DNA of 64,000 nt from Eledone cirrhosa (lineage: Eukaryota), in assembly GCA_964016885.1 (NCBI GenBank), contig OZ024740.1, positions 309,008,001 to 309,072,000 of the forward strand. The letters run 5' to 3'. Positions 42,961-55,967 of this stretch are shown here, in pieces. Position 1 is the first letter of the stretch; each line of letters begins with the position of its first letter. Both the position numbers and the translations under genes were made by a program. The notes under the pieces were generated by a model that was not told the origin of the DNA, did no database searches, and saw only the letters and a program-made list of their open reading frames with translations.

Positions 42961-45059
42961 CACACTTATTTGTGGAATCCTCTAGTAGTAAATAACTCTC
43001 ACCTCCGATTTATACATAAGTATATTGAATGTGTAATTATTGAATGTGAATTCTTACACATACACGTACCCGTCGTTATATTTTTTAATCCTTGTACCTT
43101 TTTTGTTAGTGAAGGTTTCGATCCGGGATTTTTCTGTTTTCTGTGTAAACTATCGTATATAATTAATTATTGTCGAGACTTATACTGAACCTACCTATTT
43201 TTATCGACTGATTGTGCTGTATATGTATAATGTCGTTATTTCAATATTTACTACGCTTTAATTCTACACTTGTAAGGTTTTATCATCAGGCCTTTAGAAA
43301 TATTTATATTAACGTGACATACTTCACGTAGTAGATTTGCCTTAATATAATTCAATGGTTAGAATTTTCAGTTATCAAAATTTTAGTCACGTATTTAAAC
43401 TGGACCTAATGTGTATGTCATTTACGATCATTAACATACACATAACGAAGGAGTGTTTTCAACTCAAATCTACACATTTGATTACTGATGTAAATATCGA
43501 CAACAGTGGTTATAGTGTATCATATTATATTAGACAGCTAATATTTACAATTGATATAATAGTTTATTCGTATAGGAATATACATAACAGGTTCTTTCAT
43601 TAGATGTATACATACACGCACACTCATTTACAAGCAACTGCCAAATCGCCTACTTGTGTCTTCATTTTCGTTAACCAGTTTGTTTATATTTGAATATATA
43701 TTCACTGGTACGCGTTTGCATACAATATATTATGCAGTAAGATATTAGTAGCCATCTTGGGCTCCTTTTTCCCCTCAATATTTGTTTTCTTTCACTGCTT
43801 GTCACTCCTTACTACAAGGACGACAACCTAACTAACAAGGATCGTCTATGATTTCGTTGTCATTTATCTAACTTCCTCATCATTTATTTCCGTTTGTCTC
43901 CACTCAAGTACACCTTGAGTACTTTGTTTGTTTAACATAAGAGAAGAAAGCAAGCCGATGAGCGAGATGATAAATCTTAGAAAGACAATGCGCCATCGAT
44001 TTTTTTTTCTCTTACCCTTAACTCAATTACCCGCCAAACTTAACAGTCAAGTTTCCATAGTCGCAGCAGCAGGTACTTGCTTAATCACTATCCAAGCATT
44101 CTCTCTACGAAAAATTTTTTCATTTAGGTTCTTTTTAGAAGTATCCATATTATTCATAATTTACAGTAAATAATGCAAGTAACGACATTTAGTCTCATTT
44201 CGTTGCTTCTGGGTATGTGTATCGGGTACTGTTACTAGTATTAGAATTTGGCGAACATCTATTCAACAGAAAGTAATATATTCAGCTACTACTTAGAGTT
44301 AATGATAGTTCACTCTTAATGCTTTCGTAAAAGAAATAAATTATAATTTATCCCAATTTCATATTAGATAACATTTTCCTGTCCTTTTATGATTCAGTGT
44401 TATTAAGCTTTAATTTAGTGATTTTACAGTAAAAGAATGGGGAACGTACAATAGCGAATGGCTGTAGGTATGTTTTTTTTTTGCCCGGTTTGGCTGCTTC
44501 ATAGCCAGTGGGATATTTCTAAAGTGTAAACCAGACTGGTTGATGGGCTAATAGCTTTTTTGAGGTACACTAATTTCCCAAAGTTTCGAAAGGAAAGTGT
44601 AAATGACGAAAGGTGCAAATACTGTTAAGTGTTTCTATAAAGGAAGAGGTTTTGGTGTTTTTGTTTTTTTTTAGGGACTCTAAACAAATTCCTGAAAGTT
44701 AAAATAAAACAAAACAACAATTAACAAACGGAATGACACAATTGTACATCCTTAGAATGTGAAGTATTTTGTGTATAATTCTCTATTCATTGAGAACATT
44801 AAAAAAAAAAATTATAGTAAATGTGTAAGGAACAGTTCGCAGCTAATTAAAATAGGGAAATGTATTTAATAGTTTATTTTTCTAAGATAATCTGCAATTT
44901 GACTAGATAATTTTGAGGATGGAAGGGATATTCCAGAACAAGTCGGTCAACCTTCTCGTGTATCAATTCTTAAGTTTTAACACGGTGTGTTTTCAGAAGA
45001 ATGCAGTTTTCCAACACCTCTTAGAGATAATTTACATTACACTATTAATATACTGTACA

Positions 45060-45300
45060 GCTAGTAGTCAGGGTGTTAGACTTACGATCATAATGTTATG
45101 CGTTTGAATCCTGGATCTGGTTGTATTCTTGAGCAAAACCACTTAATTTCACGATGTTCCAGTATACTCAGCTGAAAATGAGTACCAGCAGTAGCTGTGG
45201 ATTTAACCCTGTGATGGACTGACGTCCTGTTCAGGGGGACTATTCTACTCTCAGTAGCTTAACACTACAGAAACTGGGATGAGCATCTGTGCTTGAGACA
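45060..45300 (+). mobile_element. Old tRNA/CORE SINE
   Basis: gtttgaatcc B-box remnant; cttgagcaaaaccacttaatttcac..ctcagctgaaaatgagtacc. Confidence 0.6.
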
Positions 45301-45808
45301 GACGTTTAGAAACCCTACAACTGTTAAATGTTAATAAATTATCCTAGCTTCATAAGTTTTCAAGGGACTGGTGAATTTTTATAAAACAAGTCAAATATTT
45401 ATCCAGATTTAGGAAACAGTTAAATTGTATAGTTTGTTGGAATCTCCAATGATATTTACATTTTTTATATTAGCGATCCTGAAAGAAATTATGCACACAC
45501 ACAAAGATTTATAAATGGAGATATCCACTTAATTTTGACTAAATAAGATGGTGGGAAGCTCGATGTGTTATTATTAATCATGCAGAGTAAATCCAAGGTA
45601 AGGTTCAGGAGGCTAAGATCAGAAAGACTGGAAATTAACCAGCATCGCAGAGCATTATGCCCCTCCCCCTCTCTCTCTCTCTCATCAGAGTGGAGGTGAG
45701 GTCCCGAATTTTTCATATATATATAGTGTAGGTGTATCAGTGAATTACTGGTGATGGTATCAATATGAGCACTCAATGCACACAGTGATGTAATAATGAA
45801 AAAACTAT

Positions 45809-46095
45809 TGAAGTTTCATTTACATATATTTATGCTTTTATTGAGTATCAACCTATTACGTGTTTCACGGATGATTGGCTCAAGGTTGCCTATAGAAGCT
45901 ATGGACCCGAATCTAACATCAATTTGCTCATGAAACTGGTCATTCAACGAAAATATATTTTTTGTTGAATCTCCAGTCTGATGAACAGACTGATGGTGGA
46001 GTTGGGTCCATAGAGGACCTTGAATCAATCATCTGTGAAACACATGTAACAGGTCGGATACTCAATAACATCATAAACATGTAAATGAAACTTCA
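45809..46095. mobile_element. Foldback (palindromic) MITE-like element
   Basis: tgaagtttcatttacat / atgtaaatgaaacttca ends; imperfect symmetry continues to the centre near 45955. Confidence 0.75.
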
Positions 46096-46199
46096 TTGTT
46101 CTCACTCGCTCTCTCTATCTATCTATATTTATATACTCATTTACTCTTATCTTTCCTATTTACTAGTAATTTTGTTCTAAGTTTACTCTCGGCCCTTTT

Positions 46200-47160
46200 G
46201 ATTCCAAGTTCTATTTCTATAGTCGGAACTTATTCTCTAGTTCTTTGATGGATTCAGCTAGAAGGACCAGGTCATCTGCATAGAGAAGTTCCCATGGACA
46301 GCCAGTCTTAAACTCCTCTGTTATGGCCTGGAGAACTATGATGAACAGCAGTGGGCTAAGTACCAAATCCTTTAAGACTCCTACCTTGAATTCCTCACTA
46401 ACTCACTTCCTACTCTCACTTTTGTGACAGCTTCTTTGTATATGCCTTGCACTGCTCTCGCAAGCCATTCTTCTACACCTGATTTTCTTAAGGACCACCA
46501 GTTAATAGATCGAGGTACTCTGTCAAAGGCCTTTTCTAGATCAACAAAGCTTAATATAGTGGCTTATTTTTTACTAGGAACTTCTCTTGTAATTGTCTCA
46601 CTAAAAGAGGACATCTGTAGTACTTTTCCTTGGCATGAGTTCAAACTGCATCTTGTTTAATTTGACTCTTTCCATAATTAGCTGTGCTATAACTCTTTCT
46701 GTCACTTTCATAACTTGGTACGTTAGTCTTATTCCTCTATAGTTGCTCTTTTCTAGAGCATCACCCTTATCCTTGTCGTAATCTATGGTTGTACTGCAGC
46801 ACCAATCATTGGGCATGACTTCATCCTGTATTAACTGATTGACTATTCAGGTTACTAGTTGGACTCCTACTTCTCCCAATGTTTTTAGCATCTCAGCAGT
46901 TATCTCTGACAGTTCTGCAGCTTTACCATTCTTCATCTCCTTAATTGCTTCTTTGACTTTTTATTTTTTTCAGTCGCTCTCCATGCTGTGTATATGTGTC
47001 GTCTAGGTTCTCTCTTAGCTACCTATTACTGGTCTCTGATACCCCCATTTTGCAAACTTTTCCATGCCTGTCTCTTGGATTTAATAGCTCTATCCACTGT
47101 GCTATTCCACCACCAGGTCAACCTCTGTCTGGCTAGTGCTTTGCTCCAGCCACAAGTCTC
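46200..47160 (-). pseudogene. Decayed RTE RT fragment
   Basis: [18 protein letters not shown] and KGDALEKSNYRGI on the minus strand, with frameshifts. Confidence 0.85.
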
Positions 47161-47161
47161 A

Positions 47162-47292
47162 TAAGTAGGATCAAAGTCACTGTTGCAGCATATATATAAA
47201 CTTTATTGGCATATTGCAATTGTTTGAATATCAATTGTAATATGCCAATAAAGCTTATGTATATGCTGCAACAGTGATTCTAATTTTACTTA
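47162..47292. repeat. Near-perfect inverted repeat
   Basis: 46-bp inner arms 47177-47222 / 47232-47277 with 3 differences; degenerate outer extension. Confidence 0.85.
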
Positions 47293-47573
47293 CTTTTATT
47301 TACACCTTGCACATTATAGCTGCCTTAACTCTGGAATACAACCCAACATGAGATGGACTTTGTAACAGTATTGAGTGCTTGGAACGGCGAACCTCCTGTA
47401 ATAGTAATTACACACACATATATATATCATAATAGAATTAGAATTTAGCTTCGACATAACTGTATACAAATATGTTTGTGAATTTCATATATCTGAAGAT
47501 ATACGGTATGTTTATAAATGAACATTTTAAAAGTGACAGCTATTCATAGCTGTAGCTTTCAAAATGTTTATTT

Positions 47574-47894
47574 TGGCTTAGTGGTTAGAGCATTGGCCTT
47601 GCAATCGAAAGGTTGTGAGTTCAATTCTCAGACTGGGTGATGTTGGTTCCTTGAGCAAGACACTTTATTTCACATTGCTCCAGTTTACTCAGCTGTAGAA
47701 ATGAGATGATAGGGACTGGGGTCCCTATCATTCCACTGCAAAGTGGTCGTGTAGGTGCCATGGCAAAAACCACCCAGCACTCACGGTAAATGAGGTTCGT
47801 GTTAGGTAGGGCATCCAGCTGTAGAAATCAAGCCAGAATCGGTTCCCGTCCCACCCTTGCAAGCAGGGAAAAGTGGACGTAAAATGATGATGAT
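47574..47894 (+). mobile_element. Full-length tRNA/CORE SINE with RTE tail
   Basis: Same head as 36258, longer RTE-3'UTR-derived body. Confidence 0.88.
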
Positions 47895-48411
47895 ACAGGA
47901 GAGGTGGTTGCGTTGGTATGGACATGTGATGCGTATGAAGGATGACAGCTGCATAAAAAGGTGCAGAGCACTAGAAGTCGATGGAAACTGCGGAGTGGGG
48001 AGACCCAAGAAGACCTGGGATGAGGTGATAAAAGCCGACCTTACTCAATTACACCTCTCAAAGGCGATGATGCACGACCGTAATACAGAAGACCCGACCC
48101 CCCACGGGTACAAGCCGAAGCTGAAGCATATAGACAATATGCCCCCACACCCTCGCATTGCAAAGTGGTCGTGGAGGTGCTACGGCAAAAAAGCACCCGA
48201 CCCACACTGTAAAGTGGACGTGTAGGCGCCACGGAAAAAAAGCACTCAGCACTTACTGTAAATGAGGTTGGTGTTAGGAAGGGCATCCAGCTGTAGAAAT
48301 CAAGCCAGAATCAGTTCCCGTATGAGCAAGACAAGGTCAGCCGACAACAGTACAACCCGTCTAACCCATGTTAGCGTGGAAGAATGGACGTAAAACAGTG
48401 ATGATGATGAT
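47895..48411 (+). mobile_element. RTE 3' fragment of a sister subfamily
   Basis: [30 protein letters not shown], 3'UTR, (GAT)n. Confidence 0.88.
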
Positions 48412-48447
48412 ACTGTATATCTTATACCTGGGACTCGCACATATATA

Positions 48448-48665
48448 TCATCATCGTTTAATGTCTATTTTCATCGCTAGCATGGGTTAGACGGGTTGTC
48501 CTATTAGAGGCAAGTTGGGTCAGGTCACCGTGATTGCTCATATAGGACTGATTCTGGCTAGATTTCTACGGCTAGATGCCCTTCCTAATGCCAACCACAT
48601 TTGCAGTGTGTGCTGGATGCTTTTTGTCATGACTCCTACTCAACCACTTTACAGTATGGGCTGGG
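48448..48665 (-). mobile_element. Old RTE/SINE 3' tail
   Basis: gatgcccttcctaatgccaacc; minus strand cccgtctaacccatgctagc..(gat)n. Confidence 0.7.
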
Positions 48666-49179
48666 TACTAGAAGATGCTCATGACTTAGTCATTTGTTTG
48701 GCTCATGATAGTAAGGTTATAAGTTTGATTGCTGGATTGGGTGACATGTGTCATTGAACAAGGCATCTTATTTATATCTGTAATTAAAATTGTCAGTTTT
48801 ATCACACACTGAGTAATGCTGGATCTCCCTGAGCACTATGTTAAGCGTACATGTTCATGTATACTGTTCAGCGACTTGTACATTAATTTCATGAGCAGGC
48901 TGTTCTGTTGGTCAAACAAACAACTGGAACACTTGGAACTCTTACTCTGCTGGTCATACCTTTATACATGGCTTGCATGGCTCTCACAAGCCATTTGAAT
49001 ACACCTAACTCCCCAAGTGCCCACCAGATTATAGAGTGTGGGATCCTGTCAATGGTCTTCTCCAGATGTACAGTGGTTTACTCTTAGATAAGTACTTCTT
49101 CTGTAGTTATCTCACCAGAAAGAGGGGATTGGTAGTGTTCCTACAAGGCATAAAACCAAACTGCATTTAATATAACTTG

Positions 49180-49820
49180 ATTCTTTTCCTAATTAGTTGC
49201 GCTATAACCTTTTTAACAACTTTTACGACCTGGTCCATCAACTTCTGTAGTTACTTCTCTCTAGTGCATCTCCTTTTCCCTTGTAGCAATTTACAATGAC
49301 ACTGCAGCACCAGTCATTGGCTATAACATCATCCTGTACTGCCTGATTAATTATGCATCTGACTAGCACATAACCTACCATGCGAGATGCTTTTAGCATC
49401 TCAGCAACTATATTGGATGGTCCAGCTGTTTTCCCTACCTTCATGTCCTTAATTGATTTATCTATCATACTGCTGGTCCCTCAATAGGGTCTGCATGGGG
49501 TAGGCCCTCACTGTCCCATTTATATTTCTCATTCAGCAGTCTCTCCTAGTATGTCTTCCATGCCTCCTTCTAATTGGTGTCAGATACGGCAAGTGCTCGA
49601 TTATCATTTTGGTCACACTTTTCTCCAACCACATCATGATTTTCTGTAGCATACTGTCTTGCAATCCTGAACATTTTACACCTGTGATCTTCAGGACCAG
49701 AATGTGCAAACTTCTTCTTTTCTGCCTCTTTTCTCACTAGATATACTTCATGCCTAGCCACCTTTTTTTGCTATCTGGTATTGCATTCTGTCCCCTCTGT
49801 TCCTCCATTTTCTTCCATTT
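49180..49820 (-). pseudogene. Decayed RTE fragment
   Basis: [36 protein letters not shown]; DVVGEKC. Confidence 0.85.
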
Positions 49821-50049
49821 GCACATAGAAGTTTCCTAAGGAAGGTGCATTTGTGGATGACCAGCTGTTGCCTATGAATACCAGTCTCCCCCTTTCCATA
49901 GATATTAAGTTTAAATCAATTGGAGGCAGTTAGATGTATATTTAGGTTCTTCACTTAATTACTATACATCATTCAGCTCTTAAGGAAAAGAATAGGTATC
50001 AAGATATCTGGTACTGTCACTTGTGTTGATAGTGTAACATCCTAAAACT

Positions 50050-50740
50050 GAAGGTGAGTGGCAACACTTTAAAATTCTTTTGGATGATTAAATCCATATA
50101 CATTATACCATAAATGAGAAGAAAAGGAGCCGAAGAACAAGGACTATTAGGCCACGGAAGAAAGACAGGAGGCTGGGGAAAGGGTGACGCTCTATGCCTA
50201 GGTCAGGATGGACAAAACTGTGAATGCATTTCCGCAGTCAATGGATAGTGACACCCGCTACAACAGCCACCCTACCTTATGGGGTTTCTTCGTCAGAGAG
50301 GCTGCTGACATTCTGATTTTATGGAGTTTGGCTGTACAGTGTCCAATGATGTCTGAGGTCCCAACGGCGACTGGTGCAAAGAGAAAGCAGCCAGTATTTC
50401 CTTGTCTTCCTGTCCTCTGCATTACGGGCTGTAGTACCAGATTTTTTTGGCTGAAGCAACTAAGGTGGATGCGGAGAACGTCCCACAGTATAGTGTCCCA
50501 GATGAGGGATTCACTCCTTTGAATGGGAAGAGGGTAATTTCGTTTGGGCACTTGCCATCTCCACAGTTGAGGCCTGTTGGCTTCAGTTGTAATGGGAAGC
50601 CAGCTGCATCCAGGCTCCTTCTCAATATGTCATTGAGAGTGGCATGTCGGGGGAACCAACCAAGGCTCTGGTGGTATGACAGTGGGTGCAGGCCTAACTC
50701 ATCAATGACAGCCCCACAATGGCATTGATGTGACTCACAC
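50050..50740 (-). pseudogene. Decayed C-terminus (Zn knuckle + restriction-like endonuclease) of a CRE-like non-LTR element
   Basis: CHCGAVIDELGLHPLS..RHATLNDILRRSL..PTGLNCGDGKCPNEIT..SLIWD..RGNA across frameshifts. Confidence 0.7.
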
Positions 50741-50862
50741 GTGCAGATAACTTACTAGTGTATTCAATATACTCATCAATTGTGGACATCATTCTAATCA
50801 AAATGTACAGTTCTTGTTGTTTAAGAAACTGTGTAATTGTGCTTCAATAAATGCCAATAAAT

Positions 50863-51081
50863 TGAACCCTTTTGTGGCTGTATTTCAAATGAAATACACT
50901 CTGTTTCAATTAATTAATGAAGAATTTTGAGGGATATACTAAAATAATTATTTATTATTAATATAATAACTTAACATATGGCATTTATATGAAACTTTTA
51001 TGGAAGATTTTAATTTAAATGGGAGGTTTTGTTTCCTAGAACCAAAGCCAGTTTTGTGTGGGTTGTAATGAAATGGGTTAA
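50863..51081 (+). mobile_element. piggyBac-type MITE
   Basis: tgaa-ccc...ggg-ttaa ends; inverted homologue at 59665-59904. Confidence 0.65.
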
Positions 51082-52157
51082 TACAATATCTTTTCCAATA
51101 AATATGTTAGAACTGAAATGAATGAGTAAATAAGTTATTGAACTATTAACTCATAGGACCTCCTTAGGTCTTGTTCATCCTATCACATAAATAAATTAGT
51201 TAAGCTCTGAACCCTTATAAGATGTTCAGAGCCTTAGAGAGATTTACAATACAATCTTTAGATCTCATATATTTCGAGAACCAAAGCATTAAATATGCAC
51301 AAATATACACATTTAAGTGATTGACACAAAGAAAGAATATATTGATACTAATTGTTTATGCTAAGTAAATAGCAATAGCCTTCATCTGCTTGAATGGGTA
51401 ATTGTGCTTAGCAAATCATTACATGAATAGATGGTGAAATTCACACATAGATAGATGTCAATATTCATCACCTGTTAACATGTGAATAAGCAATATCGCT
51501 TATTCATTTCGATAGGAGTACTGCACATACATATTCTACTGATATGTAATTGCACGTTTTATGATATTCTATTTTGTTGAGTAACTAGCCACACATTACT
51601 TTTTGTATATCATATAGCAAGCATACATTCACTCTTTACATTATTGCTACTGACTTACCAATGAATCATTTTAATTGCCTTGTCTAATATTGCTACCATA
51701 CAAATAAGATTTCTTTCATTATTATATTTTCATTTGTTAGCCATTGTTTACATGCAGGTGATTTGATTCTTTAATCACTACTAATAAATATTTCAATCTA
51801 CAATCTCTATTTATGTGTTTGTATGTATGTGTCAGTGGCCTGCACTGTATTCTGTCCTGTTTCTAGATTTTTTTTATTATCTGTATACATACTCACTTTA
51901 CTGTCATAGTCAAAAGACACTTCATTGTTTTCCTCTGTCTCTATGTTGTGTTGTCTCATATGCATCTTTCTAACAGCTTGTGTTCAAACTTTTGTGCAAC
52001 CTGAGCTCAATATAATGCAATACCACACTTATGCATGAAATTACATTGCCAAGAGCACAGTTAAGTTTAAGTTAGATGCTTTTGCTCATTTGTCTCATGT
52101 GTTTTTTTTCATTTGTAACTTTTCTATATATATATATATATATGTGTGTATGTGTAT

Positions 52158-52193
<36 letters not shown>

Positions 52194-52779
52194 CTAGCAG
52201 TGGTACCCGGCGTTGCACGGGATAAGGTATTATAAAATATATAACCACCTTAGCTAACCTTAGTATTGCTACAACCACGGCTGGCAAAGAAGTAAAGGTC
52301 TGGTGGTACGTAAGTAAGCAACACTGTGACTTAAAATGTGAGGAAGAAGTTGTGTGCACTTATCAACTGTTTGGGGAATGAGTGTGAGATTTATCTTGAG
52401 CAAGGGTGGCAGAATAACCGGAGGCAGCAGACAGACAGACATACAGACAGATATTATAAGGGCGCATTCTGGACGCAGAGCGAATTGTAGGAAGTGACGT
52501 AATGCAGACAGCCAGACATAGACATATATTATAAGGGCGCGACGTTATATGTATGTATCTATCTAAAAAGAGAAAGACTAAGAATTATAGAGAGAGATCG
52601 CTAAATCGCCTAATGCGGTCCCTAGGGCATTGAAAATTTGAAATTTCTTTTGCTCAGAACACTCCCTGAAACAAGTATTACATGTGTAAAGTTTGAAAAC
52701 AGTCGGTTGGGTGGTTTTCTAGTTTTAGGGATTCAAACTCACACACACACAGACAGACATCCTCAATTTTATATATAGA
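52194..52779 (-). mobile_element. Non-autonomous Helitron
   Basis: Minus strand starts TC and ends cccgtgcaacgccggg hairpin + CTAG; inserted between A and T; internal (CAGA)n. Confidence 0.85.
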
Positions 52780-52780
52780 T

Positions 52781-53130
52781 ATAGTAATAATAAATACAAA
52801 GAACAAAATCCCAGAAGGACTTCATAAAGATTGTATATATATGTATATATATATAGTTATATAAAAACCCGTAGAGTAAATATTTATTATCAGTACAGAT
52901 TAAAAGGTTAAGCAAAAAATCTCTGCTTTCACCCTAAAGAGGATCATCTGAAACAGAAAAATCAATCTGTAGATGCAGAAGTAAATATAAAAAAAAAGTT
53001 ACAACCAAATATTGCCTTTAGAAAGCAGGAAGACATAATGGTAAGTGTGTGAGGATGTTCTTTTGAGATGAGCGAAATGTATGCAAGGAGAAATACATCA
53101 TTATGTGGAGCGAGAAGAACAAATTCTTGG
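52781..53130 (-). mobile_element. Hammerhead-bearing repeat (family H), copy 1
   Basis: Homologous to 60488-60990; right boundary approximate. Confidence 0.6.
52894..52971 (-). ncRNA. Extended type I hammerhead, CAGAUGA core variant
   Basis: tacagattga-tttttct-gttt CAGATGA tcctctttagggt GAAA gcagag-att-ttttg CTT aacc-tt-ttaatctgta. Confidence 0.62.
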
Positions 53131-53539
53131 TGTGGAAAAATCAGGAGAATAATATTCTTTTTAGAATGACCGAATAATTTCCATCTTCCATGTATGGAAA
53201 ATGATATTAATAGTAGTAAAATGATTAAACATAAAAAAATATATATTGTTATACATTTGGAGGGTTATACTGTCAATAAAAACATACATCAGTTGGGTTT
53301 CACTTTAATTTATTATTATAATTTCCCAGTCGGTTAGTTTAATAACTGGATGGTTGTTTAGTTGTTGATTGTCAAAGCTCTTTTGTCACATATATATATA
53401 TAAAGTGACTACTTTGTTTCCTCTTTGTTCTGTTTTACACCACCTCGTCTTTAAATGTAAGTTTATAGTTATTTGTTTACCTATCTCTCTTCCTTCCCCT
53501 AAACCCATTAATAAGTGTATATAAAGGTATCCCTTTATA

Positions 53540-54290
53540 TACACTTATGTTGAGGGTAGTCTCTCCTCCTTCTATTTTATTGACTTTACTAAGGCTTTTG
53601 AAACAGTCAACAGAGAAGCCTTATGGATCATTCTTAGTAATTAGGCTATCCACAGACATTTTTGTAGATATTCAAACAATTACATTGAGACATGAAGGCA
53701 AGAGGTTTATTTAATGGAAATCTCTTGGCACCAATTTCTGTGGACAACAGTGTTAAGCAGGGGGACATTCCTGCTCCAACACTATTTGCAATATACTTTG
53801 CTGTTCTCCTTGCTTATGTTATCGAGGCATAAACCTGCATTTCCAAACATCTTGGCAAGTCTTTAATTTAAGAAGATTTAATTATAAATCTCTGACATTC
53901 AATGTGTGAATACAAGAACTTTTGTATGCTGATGATGCTGACACTGTTGCACACTCAGAAACAGACATTCAGTACACGATGGATACATTTTAGGGCTCAC
54001 TGTAAGCTTAACTAAGACCAAGTTGATGAACTCTCCAGCACAAGTAAAACCTTAGGTTGTGCCAAATATATATGTGAATGGAATCAGGTTGGCGGTGGTG
54101 GATGTTTTTTTTTGTATCTGGATAATACTGTGTCAAAGGGCAGAGTTTAGATGCAGAAATACATCTTTGGGTACAGAAGGCAAGTGCTGCATTTGGAAAA
54201 TTAGTGAAAAGAGTGTGGTCAGACAAAAATAACTGTGTATGAGGTGGTTGTGCTTAAAGTTTTGTTGCATGGATGTGAAGCATGGACTGC
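53540..54290 (+). pseudogene. Decayed RTE (BovB-like lineage) RT fragment
   Basis: FIDFTKAFETVNREALW, VKQGDIPAPTLF, ELLYADDA, LLHGCEAWT. Confidence 0.8.
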
Positions 54291-54676
54291 TCACATATAT
54301 ATATATATGCATGTATACTTATGTGTGTATATATGCATGTATACAAATATATGCATGTATACATATATATGTATGTATATATGCATGTATACATATAAAT
54401 CTGTGTGTATATGTATGTACATATGTACATGTATGTATATATGTATATATATACATCTGTGTATATGTATGTATACATACATGTATATACAAGGTTTATT
54501 TCACAAGTAAGGGTACTAATTTTCCTATGTATGACATGGTAAAGAAGCATCTCGATGTATATAGAAATATTGGTTATGACCTTGGTTGCAGGTACATACT
54601 TGTTTCAGCATGATCAATTGAGCCAGTTGTGAGTTATTGCTCTTATATGTAGAGACGTGTTTATAATCTCTGTATA

Positions 54677-54878
54677 AACTCAATATAGGCGCAAACATAT
54701 AGTTTTGATGCTTATGTATATGGGCTGATTAGCCTCATTTACATACAGAACTGTAGGCTGGCTTGGCCTGAACAAGAACTAGGATTAAGGTATTTGCTCT
54801 AACATAACTCTACATATAAGTAAGTTTATCAGCCCATATACATAAGCATGAAAATTATGTTTGCACCTATATTGAGTT
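54677..54878. repeat. Inverted repeat, ~50-bp arms
   Basis: 54677-54729 versus 54828-54878. Confidence 0.75.
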
Positions 54879-55132
54879 CCAGAACGTGAAGTGGAGGAGT
54901 ACATTACCTTGATAACAACCATATAGTCAGAAACAGCTGTTAGTAATTTCCCCTTGCTTCTGATGGAACTTGATAGGTGGCACCCTGCCACCACCTTTTA
55001 AAATTCATAGCTAATGGCTTTCAAATGTTTATTTGTAAACATATTGTATATTATTGGATATACAAAACTTACATACTTATATGTATACAACTATGTTGGA
55101 GCGAACACTTTCATGTTTATATATATATATAT

Positions 55133-55200
55133 ATCAGTTCCCGTCCCACCCTTGCAAGCAGGGAAAAGCGGACGTAAAATGAAATGATGATGAAATGATG
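55133..55200 (+). mobile_element. Isolated SINE 3' tail
   Basis: atcagttcccgtcccacccttgcaagcaggg..(tga)n. Confidence 0.8.
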
Positions 55201-55257
55201 ATATATATGTATGTGTGTATATGTGTCTTCACACACACATATATACATCTATGAATA

Positions 55258-55302
<45 letters not shown>

Positions 55303-55503
55303 ATATATGCATACATGTATGTGTATATATATATATATATATGCATACATGTATGTGTATATATATATGCATACATGTATGTGTATATATATATATGCAT
55401 ACATGTATGTGTATATATATATATGCATGCATGTATGTGTATATATATATATGTATATATATATATGCATACATGTATGTGTATATATATATATGCATGC
55501 ATG

Positions 55504-55536
<33 letters not shown>

Positions 55537-55619
55537 GCATACATGTATGTGTATATATATATATATACAAACATGTATGTGTATATATATATATATATAT
55601 ATATGCATATATATATATA

Positions 55620-55685
<66 letters not shown>

Positions 55686-55720
55686 TATGCATATATATAT
55701 ATATATGCATATATATATAT
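55201..55720. repeat. (TA)n with tgcatacatgtatgtg units
   Basis: Direct inspection. Confidence 0.9.
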
Positions 55721-55831
55721 GATGGCTGCAAACTCGTGTTCAAGCATTGCCATCACCTGATAAAATGCTAAAAAATGTGACCACGAATGCGGCTCTTTAA
55801 ACCAGCCAAAGACTTGCATCCTCTGGCGCAC
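55721..55831 (-). mobile_element. Diverged 3' end related to family A (C2H2 remnant + tail)
   Basis: [18 protein letters not shown]; cgagtttgcagccatc + (TA)n. Confidence 0.7.
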
Positions 55832-55891
55832 CCCCCCCCCCCCCCCCCCACACACACACAGGCACACACACACACACACATATATATATGT

Positions 55892-55939
<48 letters not shown>

Positions 55940-55967
55940 ACAAATATGTGTATATATATATATATAC

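Noticed and set aside
45975-46000. ctgatga inside the foldback element
   Set aside because: No GAAA or stem III downstream.
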